The translations under genes were made by a program, and so were the position numbers. Below are positions 51,922-63,815 of a stretch of 64,000 bases of DNA, one piece after another. How positions within the stretch are numbered: position 1 is the stretch's first letter; the number at the start of each line of letters is the position of its first letter. Under the pieces are notes generated by a model. It was given only the letters and a program-made list of their open reading frames with translations, was not told the origin of the DNA and ran no database searches. Location of the stretch: contig OX597827.1 of the NCBI GenBank assembly GCA_951406725.2, positions 19,406,001 through 19,470,000 on the forward strand, given 5' to 3'. Origin of the DNA: Octopus vulgaris. Its lineage: Eukaryota.

Positions 51922-52904
51922 CAAAAAGATAATGCATGTGTAATTCAAAGAAATGCAAATAAATAAGCATTACAATGGGCAGAATAATCCGAATGGTAAA
52001 GTCAAGGGTGGTGAACATAAATAATATGGGGTACCACAACTAGTCAAATAACCATCACATAAAACTATTGACCGTCAGATTCAAATCGCCATCTCAAGCC
52101 ATTGAAACTACCAAGCCATTGTGAGGTTCAACCTGTTTGCGTCTTTAGGTGTGCATTTGTTTTGTTGAACTGATTTAGTGTCGCATGTATGTGTGTGTGT
52201 ATATATATGTATGTACATGTGTGTATATGTATCTGTAACTTGGCAGAAAGGAAAAATTCAGGCATATAATATTTCTTTGGGAAAGAGATAATTATATAAA
52301 CACATTATAGTGTATGTTTGTATATATGCATAGACGTAGAGGAGTTAGGAAGGGCATCCTAACAAAATGGCCAAAGAAGGAAAATAATACTTGGTGACCC
52401 TGACAGTGCAGGTGCCACTTAAAAGCACCCAGTTCACACTGTAAAGTGGTTGGCATTTGGAAGGGCATCCAGCTGTAAAAGTCTGTCAAAACTGACCTCG
52501 CCTGTACTAGTGCTATGTAAAATACACTAAGTCCACTCTGCTAAGTGGCTGGTGTTAGGAAGGGCATCCAGCTGTAAAAACCTTGTCAAAACAGTTACAG
52601 AAGTCTGGTGCAAGCTTCTGCTTGGGCAGGTTTGAATCAGCAATGAAAAAAAACCACTGACCATGTTTTGAACTAGTGTAATACAGTGTAATCTGTAGGG
52701 TGTGTTAGCAGGTTTTAACTTAATTTACATTGCCAGATTTACTTCATCTACACCCATAGTCTTTCGGATCACTACTGTATTGCTCACACTTTTGCGTGCT
52801 ACATTTTAGCTTCATGCTGATACTCTATATAGTATTTCTAACTTCAGTGTGATACCCAACATATAGATTTCTTTTGAAAGAGATTTATAGCCACTAAGTA
52901 GATC

Positions 52905-53340
52905 GGATCTTTTCGGTTTGAATGGCAGTTTTTTCTAGCGGTGTCATATGAAATTGTCACCCATAATTATGACCCTAGAATCAATCTATTGCATTTCAAT
53001 CTGTTTTAGGGTTAGGGTTAGTTAGGGTTGGTTAGGTTAAGGGGAAGGGTATCTTTTTTTCTTCACAAATGTAAATAAACCCAATCTGTTTCTTAAACGA
53101 GGGACATATTCATACGGCACAGAATGTTTTTTTTTTACCTCAATGGACATCATTGATTGGTTGAAATTGCAGAAATTGAAGAAGAAAAAAACAACAAATA
53201 TCTTACAAACTCTAGAATTTTCTCAATAAAGCCAAGAGAAAAAGATGTTTTATAAACACATTCTACCAGTATACGAAGTTTAAAATTTTTTAGTTACCTA
53301 GAAATTATGTTAAAAACTGCTGTTCAAACCGAAAAGATCC
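52905..53340 (+). mobile_element. Family E MITE
   Basis: TIRs; TSD (A/T)GTAGATC; expanded TTAGGG-like tract. Confidence 0.93.
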
Positions 53341-53723
53341 TGTAGATCTGTAAGCACAATTTTAGTTCTTGATGGCTCTGCTGCTGCTGCTGATTGACTA
53401 CTATTGCAAACAGATGTTCAGTGTCCAATTTGTAACCTGTTTATAATACATACAATACTCATCAGGTTTGAGTCATAAGGTTGAATGTTAGAAAACCAAA
53501 TATGAAAAGGCTAAAATGACTGAAAATTCCGAATACCAAAAACCTGAAAGATTGTAAAATCAGATTATTGAATGGCATGATGTTGAAAAATTCAAACTCT
53601 GAATTTTGAAATTCTTTATTGCAAAATAATAAGGAAAATGAATCTTAAAAGACATTTATTGACAGTTTTAAAAGAGTGCTATTTGAGTAATATATAGCAT
53701 AGCTACATTTTTTTTATTACATT

Positions 53724-55060
53724 ATGTTGGTAGCAAAGGGCCTCTCTCTCAGAGTGGAAGGCAAATTGTATGATGCCTGTGAGAGAACAGCTATGCTACA
53801 CGATTGTGAAACATGGACTGTGACCACTAAGGACATGTGAAGGCTTGAAAGAAACGAAGCTAGTATGCTTTGCTGGATGTGCAATGTCAGTGTGCATGCC
53901 CAACATTGTATAAGCGTCTTGAGAGAAAAGTTGGGTATAAGAGGCATCAGATGTGATGTGCAAGAGAGACGACTGCGCTGGTATGGCCATGTGATGCATA
54001 TGGACAAGGACAGCTGTGTAAAGAAGTGCTAAGCTGTAACTGTGAAGGGAACGTGTGGTAGTGATAGACTCAGGAGGACATGGGACAAGGTGGTGAAACA
54101 TGATCTTTGAAGCAAGAGCAATTTCAGGTCAACATTATTATTGAAAGTTTTACCATTCAAAGAATTTTTTGCAAACTTCAAAATAAATGGAATCTAATGG
54201 TGCAGGGCCAGGGCTTTACAGTGGATATGACATTACTTGCCAACCAAGCTTCAATAATTTTTCAGTAGTCAGCAAAGACATGTGTGGTCTAGCGTTGTCG
54301 TGTTGGAATATGATTCCTCTATGATTTGCCAATTCTGGCTGTGATATTTATAGCAGCACCAACCACCTTAACCCTTTAGCATTTAAACCGGGCATATCTC
54401 GCCCAAATATTCTACCCATTTTGTGTTGGGATTGGCCGTATTCAGCCTCTCATACCTATTCTGTAATGTCATTTCTAAAAATAAACAATCGCATCATTGA
54501 AATCTAAACAAAAAGAGGATCTTTTCGGTTTGAACAGAGGCAACAACTAGTGACTGAGATCTTTAGCGACGTGCTGTGCTTGAGAAGACCCGGCAAGCCA
54601 AATGAAATCATAGTCATGGCACCCATACCAGTTGCATGTAAAAAGCACCCTTTGAACATAGGGCAATATGTTGTGCTTGAGAAGACCCATCAAACCAAGT
54701 GAAATTGAAGTTGTGGCTGATGCCAGTGTCGCATAAGTGGCACCCATGCTGGTGGCATGTAAAAAGCACCCTTTGAACTTTGGGCTTCACGAAGGCAGTG
54801 ACAAGTGACCGAGACCTTTGGCAATATACCATGCTTGAGAAGACCTGTCAAGCCGAGTGAGATTGTAGTCATGGCTGGTGCCGGTGTTTGGTAACTGGCA
54901 CCCACTACACTCTTGGAGTGATTGGTGTTAAGAAAGACAGCCAGCTGTAGAAACCATGCCAGATCAGTTTGGAACCTGGTGCGGCTCCCCGACTTACCAG
55001 TTTTCAGTAAAGCTATTCCACCCATGTTAGCATGGTAAAATAGACATTGGATGAGGATGA
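53724..55060 (+). mobile_element. RTE-clade LINE 3' portion with D-type tail, interrupted at 54109-54535
   Basis: KGLSLRVEGKLY..CETW..RLERNEASML..ERRLRWYGHVM. Confidence 0.85.
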
Positions 55061-55084
55061 GGAGTGTGTCAGGATAACAAATAC

Positions 55085-55298
55085 ATATTTCTTTATTACC
55101 CACAAGGGGCTAAACATAGAGGGGACAGACATAGGTATTAAGTCGATTACATTGAGCTCAGTGTGTAACTGGTACTTAATTTATCGACCCCGAAAGGATG
55201 AAAGGTAAAGTCGACCTTGGCGGAATTTGAACTCACAATGTAACAACAGACGAAATATGGCTACGCATTTCGCCCGGTGTGCTAACATTTCTGCCAGC
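55085..55298 (-). mobile_element. Family C SINE
   Basis: Match to family C. Confidence 0.85.
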
Positions 55299-55632
55299 CT
55301 ATGTGAGTGAGTATAGTTTCTTGTAAATGTGTTAAAAGATCTTTCCTAGATAAACACAGTTTTAAAACCATAAATAAGTGTCTTTTAAGACCATTTTCTA
55401 TATCATTTTTCCCTAAAATACTTCAGAATTTGGTATTTTTGATTTTTCAGTATTATGGTGTTTGCTTTTCTTAATTTCCCATCTTTCAAGTTTCCTGTAT
55501 TCTGATTTTTTTTTGGTCATTGAAAGTCAACCTTCTCACATATGGACTTATGATTGGCACTCACATTCATCAGAAAGTTTCTTCCAAGTGTAATGTGTTG
55601 GAAAAGTTATTTCAGATCTAACAATTCCTTAA

Positions 55633-55852
55633 CCCTTTCGTTACTGTATTTATTTTGAGATGTTCTGTGTTTCTTTCAATTACTTTAAATATAACAAAGA
55701 ATTTAGAGAAATAACTTAGTTACCATTCAGCTAGTGTTAGGAACATAAATTGTGACTAAGGTTTGGTGGAAGATTTTAATTCAAAACTTATGAAAACAAG
55801 GCATTTGTACTCAGAGCCAGAGCCGGTTTCAGCCGGGTTGGTAACGAAAGGG
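55633..55852. mobile_element. piggyBac-like MITE family G1
   Basis: TTAA-CCCTTTCGTTAC..GTAACGAAAGGG-TTAA. Confidence 0.9.
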
Positions 55853-56417
55853 TTAAGTATTGTAGTCTGCAAGCTTCAACTTTATTTTTAACCCAAGGAC
55901 ATTAAGGAGCAGGTAGGGGAGAGAAAAAGATAGGATATTATTGAAATGAGCTTTGCATTTTTTTTTCTATGTTTCTGCTAATTTTATTGGATTTTGTGTC
56001 TACAAATATTGGGCAATGGAAGTATTGGGTTGGTAGCTTTGTTCCACTGCATTGCATGCAAGAACTGTTTCTAACATTCCCACATATCATTGTTCTTTTG
56101 TGCATGTCAAGCTTCACAATATCTGTTTATTTATATATATATAATCTGCTTTGCTATTTCTCTTCTTGTATATTTCTAGTTGTCTATCTCTATTTTTTTC
56201 TTTTTGCATATTACCTGTCTTATTACCTTTTTGCATATTACCTGTCTATGTCACCTATTCTGACTATCTATCCACCTGGTGGTCTATTTTTCTTTCTTCG
56301 TTCTTCTCTTCCCTTTCTATGTATGTCTATCTCTCTCTACGTCTACTCGTATCCAGCTGCCTGTTTTATTCTATCATTTGAACCTGGATATTTATTTCCT
56401 TCGTTTTGCTATTAAAG

Positions 56418-56831
56418 CCTCCAACTCCAGTTAATGCTAACAGCAATTCATGTGGAACTGATCCCGATTCAGTGCCAGCCAAAGAAAACTCCAACGATGC
56501 TACCGCTTCTGATGCTACTGAAGTCATGGCCTTCGATAACACCCTCTATGCAAGCCTGTCAGAAGTTACCACTGGCACTATTGCTCCAACTAAACTGGAT
56601 TCTCCTGCTCTGAAGGATCAAGAACAAATTAACTGTGACTTTTTAAGTCCAACTCAGTCACAAATAAATTTCGATGAAGCTCACTCTCAAAACGATGCTT
56701 CAAACAGCCTTGACGATGAGACAACAGATTCTGAGGTGATCAGCAAAGTTGACTTCCCTGTCGGGGGAGAGGAGACCATAGCCATCACACTGTATGACTT
56801 TGAAGGAGAAGAAGGAGAGCTAAGCTTCAAG
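56418..56831 (+). CDS. SH3-domain protein exon: acidic linker plus SH3-2 N-half
   Basis: PPTPVN..AITLYDFEGEEGELSFK then gtgagt; phase 0-0. Confidence 0.88.
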
Positions 56832-57102
56832 GTGAGTAGATGCTGTCATTGGACAGGTACTGCATTTTCAAGGTATGAAGAAAATAAAGTGAAGTGAGAG
56901 GCAATTCAGAGTAGGTAACAGGTGAGGGCATAAGTAAAAGAACAGGACATTATTGCACAGAAAAGAATGTTATGTAATGACTATCATCGAGTGAGGCTTA
57001 ATAGAGAGAATTAGTTGTCAGATGGGAAGAAGGTAGAACAGTTATTACAGGCAATAAAAATCCAAGGTGTTTGCAAATTGGGAGTTTGTGATCTTTTTTT
57101 GT

Positions 57103-57418
57103 TTTACTCTTTTACTTGTTTCAGTCATTTCACTGCGGCCATGCTGGAGCATCACATTTAGTTACAGTTATTAATGTAGACATATATTTATGAGTAAGAG
57201 TTCACAGTACATAATGAGCAGCTTTGCACAATAAGGAAGAAATAAGAGAATGTGTTCAACATTTTGGACAATGATGGAAGGTCTACCAAATCCACTCACA
57301 AGGCTTTGGTCGGCCCGAGGCTATAGTAGAAGACACTTGCCCAAGGTGCCACGCAGTGGGACTGAACCCGGAACCATGTGGTTGGTAAGCAAGCTACTTA
57401 CCACACAGCCACTCCTGC
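57103..57418 (-). mobile_element. Family A SINE whose middle is replaced by local sequence
   Basis: Tail 57103-57152, head 57281-57418. Confidence 0.8.
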
Positions 57419-58198
57419 GAAGATATTTCTTGATAAATTAGCTAAGACTGTAGCTGTTATTAATGTAGAATTTTGAGTAAGAGTTCACAGTACATAATGA
57501 GCAGCTTTGCATAATAAGGAAGAAATAAGAGAATGTGTTCAACATTTTGGACAATAATGGAAGGTAAAAAAGAGGATATTATCAGACAAAAGTGTGGAAC
57601 ACGAAAGACTAGTGAGATGTTGGTGGACAGGAATAAAAGTGAGCATAGTGTATTGTTGTGTGTTTGTGTTAAAGACAAGAGGAATTGTGGTGTATGGATG
57701 TTAATACTTTGTGTGTGTGTGTGGATGGTGTATAATTTGTTTGGTGAGAGTATGGTTGTGTGGTTAAGAAGTTCACTTCCAAACCACATGGTTTTGAGTT
57801 CAGTCCTACTGTATGGCACCTTGAGTAAGTGTGTTCTACTCTAACCCCAGCCAACCCAAGCTTTGTGAATGGATTTGGTAGAGAGAAACTGAAAGAAGCC
57901 CATTATTTGTGGGTGCCTTTGTCTTGACATTTTGCAATAATTGTAATAAGCATCACCATCATATATGTAGTGCTTCTTTGAAAACATAGCCAGGCATAGG
58001 GAAATATTGGCTTTCTTAGATGAGGGTTGGCAACAGGGAAAAGCATCCCTCGATAGAAAAATCTGTTGCAATAAATTCCATCTGACCCGTGCAAGCTTGG
58101 AAATGTGGATTGGTTATTGATTGGTTGAAATTGGTCAAGATAGTGATAGCTAAAAGCAGAAGGTTTTACAAAAAAATATATATATATATATATATATA

Positions 58199-58606
58199 CA
58201 GGAGTGGCTGTGAGGTAAGTAGCTTGTTTACCAACCACATGGTTCCGGGTTCAGTCCCACTGCGTGGCACCTTGGGCAAGTGTCTTCTACTATAGCCTCG
58301 GGCCGACCAAAGCCTTGTGAGTGAATTTGGTAGACGGAAACTGAAAGAAGCCTGTCGTATATATGTATATATATATGTGTGCATGTATGTTTGTGTGTCT
58401 GTGTTTGTCCCTCCCCCCCAACATCACTTGACAACTGATGCTGGTGTGTTTACATCCCCATAACTTAGCGGTTCGGCAAAAAAGAGACCCATAAAATAAG
58501 TACTGGGCTTACAAAGAATAAGTCCCGTGGTCAAGTTGCTCGACTAAAAGACGGTGCTCCAGCATGGCCACAGTCAAATGACTGAAACAAGTAAAAGAGT
58601 AAGAGT
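58199..58606 (+). mobile_element. Family A SINE
   Basis: Full-length in sense orientation. Confidence 0.9.
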
Positions 58607-58734
58607 ATATAGTGAGTGGTAGGTAGAGGAGGAGTACAGTGGGAGCAGGTGACAGCCAAGAAGGTTTGAGGAGGAGGAGGAGGAGGTGAAATCGAGATGT
58701 TGTTGTAGCGTATTTATTGTTCCTTTACTTTTAG

Positions 58735-58932
58735 GCTCAGCAAGAAGTGACAGTTCTAAAGTGGGTCAACAACGATTGGCTTTGGGGAAGGATAGGTGAC
58801 AAAACCGGAAATCTGCCAGCTAATTTCGTGGACTTTGTTGCAGACAACAGTTTTGAGGAAAACCTAGAACCCATTGATAACCTAGAACCCATTGAGCCCT
58901 TAATGAATCCACCAGCCCCTTCAACTGATACG
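58735..58932 (+). CDS. SH3-domain protein exon: SH3-2 C-half
   Basis: AQQEVTVLKWVNNDWLWGRIGDKTGNLPANFVDFV; ttttag / gttagt; phase 0-0. Confidence 0.92.
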
Positions 58933-59762
58933 GTTAGTATATTATCTCAGTTTTAATCCTTATTTCTGTATAACTGTGTGTACATGTCAGAACAGCTGCT
59001 AAATAAATCATCAGATATAGAATACAGAATTACTCATCAATTTGATTAGTTTTAATCCACCACCAAGTCATTTTCTCTCTCTCTCCCTCTCTCTTTCTAT
59101 CTGTCTATCTCTATCTATCGATCTCTCCCTCGCTCTATCTCTCTCTAATTTGTTTTCTGCTTAACTGTGTCACTTTTGGCGTTGTTTGTGTCCAGATGGA
59201 CAGGCAAGAATCCATTTCATCTCATTCTTCAGATAAAACATTTAATTCAACTTTGAGGGTTTGTACCTCAAAGACAGTGCTATCATCGTTTGGGCCAGGA
59301 TAGCTAAAACTAACTAAAGCATTAAATATATGTCACTTTCTCAAAAGTATTAATCTGATGTCAAACAAATTATTGCTACTTTAATTTTAATTAGTATTTT
59401 TATATCAAAATGTTACATATCTATCTATCTATATATCTACTTATCTATCTATCTATATATATATATTATAAATTAAATTAGAGATAAAACCACTATTAGG
59501 CAATTCAAACAGTGATAGACATAAACCAAAACATAAAAAACAAAAAATAAATATAATTAATATAATATATATATAAAATATAAAATTTAAATTTTTAATT
59601 AAAAATTTTTTTTAACTAACCAAAAAGTATAAAAAAGTTATAGAAAAACATGAAAGATAATTTTTCAAGCAGATTATTTCTCTAAAGTAGCTATTTAGGA
59701 TTTAAAATAACTGTTGAATTGGATCAAATAAGGCAACTCCTTTTCTAAAATCAATATTGGCT

Positions 59763-59763
<1 letters not shown>

Positions 59764-59820
<57 letters not shown>
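59764..59820. repeat. (GA)n microsatellite
   Basis: Direct inspection. Confidence 0.97.
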
Positions 59821-59823
<3 letters not shown>

Positions 59824-60132
59824 TAACCCAAACAATGTAAACAGTAAAAAGCAATTTTTTATTTTGCAATGCCCCTTTTTAAACCACAACTGAGAAACAG
59901 AAACCATCCCTAAACTAAAAAAACACAGCAAAACAAATCTCTAGAACAGCGTAATCCAAGGTAAGGATATTTATCATCTTCAAGCTTGTCTATGAAATAT
60001 TTTGGCTCCCTAGTATGGTGAAAAACAAGCTGTAGAAGTTGCTTAATGTGGAGGAGCAACACTTAGAAGCTTTATTTAAATCTACCCATATTCAATGCTT
60101 CAAAGCTTCTGAATACACTCTTCTCTCCTTAA

Positions 60133-60344
60133 CCCTTTAGTGTTTAAACCAGCCATACCAGGCCAAAATTGTTATATGCTCAAACCAGCCAGCTCTGACA
60201 TCTCACACCTACCCTACAAAGTCATTCTAAAAATAAACAGGGACATCATCAAAATCTCAGTGTTACAAGATGCTGTACAATTCATTTAAAACAATGTGAT
60301 TAAGCAGGCTTTACATTTGACAGAGTAATCTGCATGCTAAAGGG
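60133..60344. mobile_element. piggyBac-like MITE family G2
   Basis: TTAA-CCCTTTAG..CTAAAGGG-TTAA. Confidence 0.8.
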
Positions 60345-60559
60345 TTAAATCAACACTTAACAAAAATTTACAAAAACTTTGGTAGGCTATATTTATTGTA
60401 TCTGCTCAAATATATTTCTTCTGGATGTGACATTGATCTGCCTCTAGTAGTGAGGCTCCAGTTTAGGAGTTGTGGGGAGCATGGAGTCACCTCTTAATTA
60501 CCATTATTCCCAAGTTCATTCCATCATGTTATGGTCCCATTTATGGGTTAAATATGTTT

Positions 60560-60950
60560 CTTTATTAGCCACACAGGGCTGCACACAGACGGGACAGATT
60601 ACAAAGTAGAGCTTTTCTTTTTTGGGGGTAGGTTTTCAATCAAAAGGGATTGTAAAAGGGAAAGAAGAAAAGAAACAAAAGAAAAAAAAAATGATCAATA
60701 GGGATCATGTATCACAGTGTCATGATGTAAGGTGTAAAGGAGGAAGCAGATAAGGTTTATCCGTGAGAAGAAAAGCCTACGGAAAAGACCACGGTAACCT
60801 CAGTCAATATTGTTATATGTTACCATATTTGTTTGCAAGTAGGTAACCCTCTGTTTTAAATTTCCGGGTTCATAGGATTATGCTCAAGGTGGCTTCGTCA
60901 TTCATACGTGCCATCCTTGCTACATTCATCCATCTTTTTTGAAACAATCG
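60560..60950 (-). mobile_element. LINE 3' end (Tx1/L1-like, tentative)
   Basis: KRWMNVARMARMN peptide, related to 3700-4050. Confidence 0.5.
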
Positions 60951-61683
60951 CTGGGTTAAATAGATAGTTGTAAGAGTAGATTAAGGTCCTTAACTGTTAT
61001 GAAAGCAATCAATCTACAAGTAAAAACTCCAAAATGAATAGCCTCTTTCAACATGCCCGAAGCTAGCCTGGATGAATATGGCTGATGAAATTAACATGAA
61101 ATATGTCCAGTAACAGATTCATAGTATGGAGATAACCATCTCCTATTGGTGCACATTCTGCTTCCAGTTAGAGATGAGGGAAGTGAGGATTTAAATATAA
61201 GACAAGGTTGTTTATTTTGATCTTTTTATTTTAAACTGTACCATGGCGGTGCCCCAGCATGGCCACAGCTCGTGAGCTGAAACTAGATAAAATAAAATAA
61301 ATAAAATAAAATATATGAGAAAGACATTCACTTTATAATCACTTAAAATTTCTGGTAAAATTTGTGAATCTGAAAAAATTATATATAAGGTTCTTAGTTT
61401 TCTAAGTAGGAATGATTTAAAAAATGAAAAAAGGTTTAGCCTTATACTTTACATATAATAATAAGATCTAGTGGGTCTCGGCGAATAGGTACTTATGCAC
61501 ATTGTTTGCCTTTCAGACATTCTGTGTAGAATAGATTGTGGGTTATCTTGCCTTTTATACTATTAAACATCTTAGATGTTGCCCATGGAAGGAATTTGGT
61601 GAATTTGAATTTAATGTTGCATTGGTTCAAATCTATTGAAGGCATGTTGTGTGTTTATGGATAGGGTTGCTGTTTATTTTGTG

Positions 61684-62110
61684 GGATCTTTTTGGTTTGG
61701 ACGGCAGCTTTTTCTAGCGTTGTCATATGAAATGTCACCCATAATTATGACCCTAGTATCGATCTATTGCATTTCAATCTGTTTTAGGGTTAGATTTAGT
61801 TAGGGTTAGGAGTGGGGGGAAGGGTATCTTTTTTTCTTCACAAATGTAAATAAACCCAATCTGTTTCTTAAATGAGGAACATATTCATACGGCACAGAAT
61901 GTTATTTACCTCAGTAGATGTCATTGATTGGTTGAAATTGCAGAAATTGAAGAAAAAAAACAACAAATATTTTACAAACTTTAGAATTTTCTCAATAAAG
62001 CCAAGAGAAAAAGATGTTTTATAAACACATTCCACCAGTATACGAAGTTTAAAATTTTTTTAGTTACCTAGAAATTATGTTAAAAACTGCCGTTCAAACC
62101 GAAAAGATCC
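61684..62110 (+). mobile_element. Family E MITE
   Basis: TIRs. Confidence 0.9.
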
Positions 62111-62638
62111 GTTTGTCTGTTATACCATGTTTTACAACCACATCTTAACAGTGGTCACTGTATTTCTTTGCCTTACAATTTTGTTAACTGAGGGATTGAA
62201 AGTTAAGGAGTTTTATTAATTATTGCAGTACTTATGGCAAAATATCTAACAACAGTAACCCAGGCTGAGACCATACTGCCCCATTTTTGACCCATCAGAA
62301 TCAGTCTCTTCACTTTTCTTTATAAATTCTATGCTAAATTATTAGTTACGGTAAACTCCCAGCTTCAAAATCTGATGCTAGAAAAGTATAAAGAAATTGC
62401 ACCATTGCGAAGGGATGGCATGATATGTTTGGAAAAGAGAAATAAATTAATCATTTTGCAAACAATACGAGCTCCGATATAAACTTAGAGATACTCAGCC
62501 TCACTAGTAACAGTGATGATGCACAAAGCCTCCACTACTAAACAGGGATTTAAACAGCTACCTGCTTCAGAACTAATTCATGCTTTTTATCATTCAGTAC
62601 TTACCATTATGTACTATAGTAATTTTTGTATTTTACAG

Positions 62639-62650
62639 ACAAGAAAGTAA
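62639..62650 (+). CDS. Candidate terminal coding micro-segment (TRK*) of the SH3 gene
   Basis: Good acceptor ttttgtattttacag; phase 0 gives ACA AGA AAG TAA; no homology support. Confidence 0.3.
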   Translation, partial: TRK

Positions 62651-62700
62651 AATTTGAATACAGTGTGAAAATAGTAAAATGATTGGGTGGCGAGCTGGCT

Positions 62701-62938
62701 AAGGCGGTGAGCTGGCAGAAACGTTAGCACGCCTGGCGAAATGCGTAGCCGTATTTCGTCTGTCGCTACGTTGTGAGTTCAAATTCCGCCGAGGTCGACT
62801 TTGCCTTTCGTCCTTTCAGGGTCGATAAATTAAGTACCAGTTACGCACTGGAGTCTATGTAATCGACTTAATACCTATGTCTGTCCTTGTTTGTCCCCTC
62901 TATGTTTAGCCCCTTGTGGGTAATATAGAAATAGGTAT
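62701..62938 (+). mobile_element. Family C SINE
   Basis: Full-length. Confidence 0.9.
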
Positions 62939-63396
62939 TTACCGTTATAAGTTGCCAGCAGACGGGCAACTTTTTTCCGTCTTATAAGGGTAAATACCCA
63001 ATCTTATTGCTGTTTTCGCAGTTATACTGCATTTGAAATTTACTTTCTTCTCTGTAAAATACCAAACATATTTGACGCTTCCAAAGTTTGTTGGTAATTT
63101 TTTGTATTTTATCAGCAGGAAGTGAATAACTATGTACCCTTGTACTGAGGAAGGAGCATAGTCTAACATCTTCATAACGTTAATTAGTGACATGATTTGA
63201 CTTTCTCCTTTAAATTTTATTTTATACATTGTTTTATATAATTAGAAATATTAGTAATATAAAAATTGATGATTGAAGTACCTTGTCTGTTTGGTTCTTC
63301 ACTGAAACAATTTTCATTTCCTGCAGTTAAAATATCTAATTGCTTGTTTGCATTAACCGTTTGTTATTTTTCATTATCATGATGATTTCAATGCCT

Positions 63397-63815
63397 GGAT
63401 CTTTTCGGTTTGAACGACAGTTTTTTCTAGCGGTGTCATATGAAATTGTCACCCATATTATGACCCTAGAATCGATCTATTGCATTTCAATCTGTTTTTG
63501 GGTTAGGGTTAGGGGTGGGGGAAAGAGTATCATATTTTTCTTCAGAAATGTAAATAAACCCAATCTGTTTCTTAAATAAGGGACATATTCATACGGTACA
63601 GAACGTTTTTTACCTCAATGGACGTCATTGATTGGTTGAAATTGCAAAAATTGAAGAAAAAAACCCAACAAATATCTTACAAACTCTAGAATTTTCTCAA
63701 TAAAGCCAAGAGAAAAAGATGTTTTATAAACACATTCTACCAGTATACGAAGTTCAAAAGTGTTTAGTTACATGGAAAATATTTTTAAAAACTGCCATTC
63801 AAACAGAAAAGATCC
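63397..63815 (+). mobile_element. Family E MITE
   Basis: TIRs. Confidence 0.9.
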
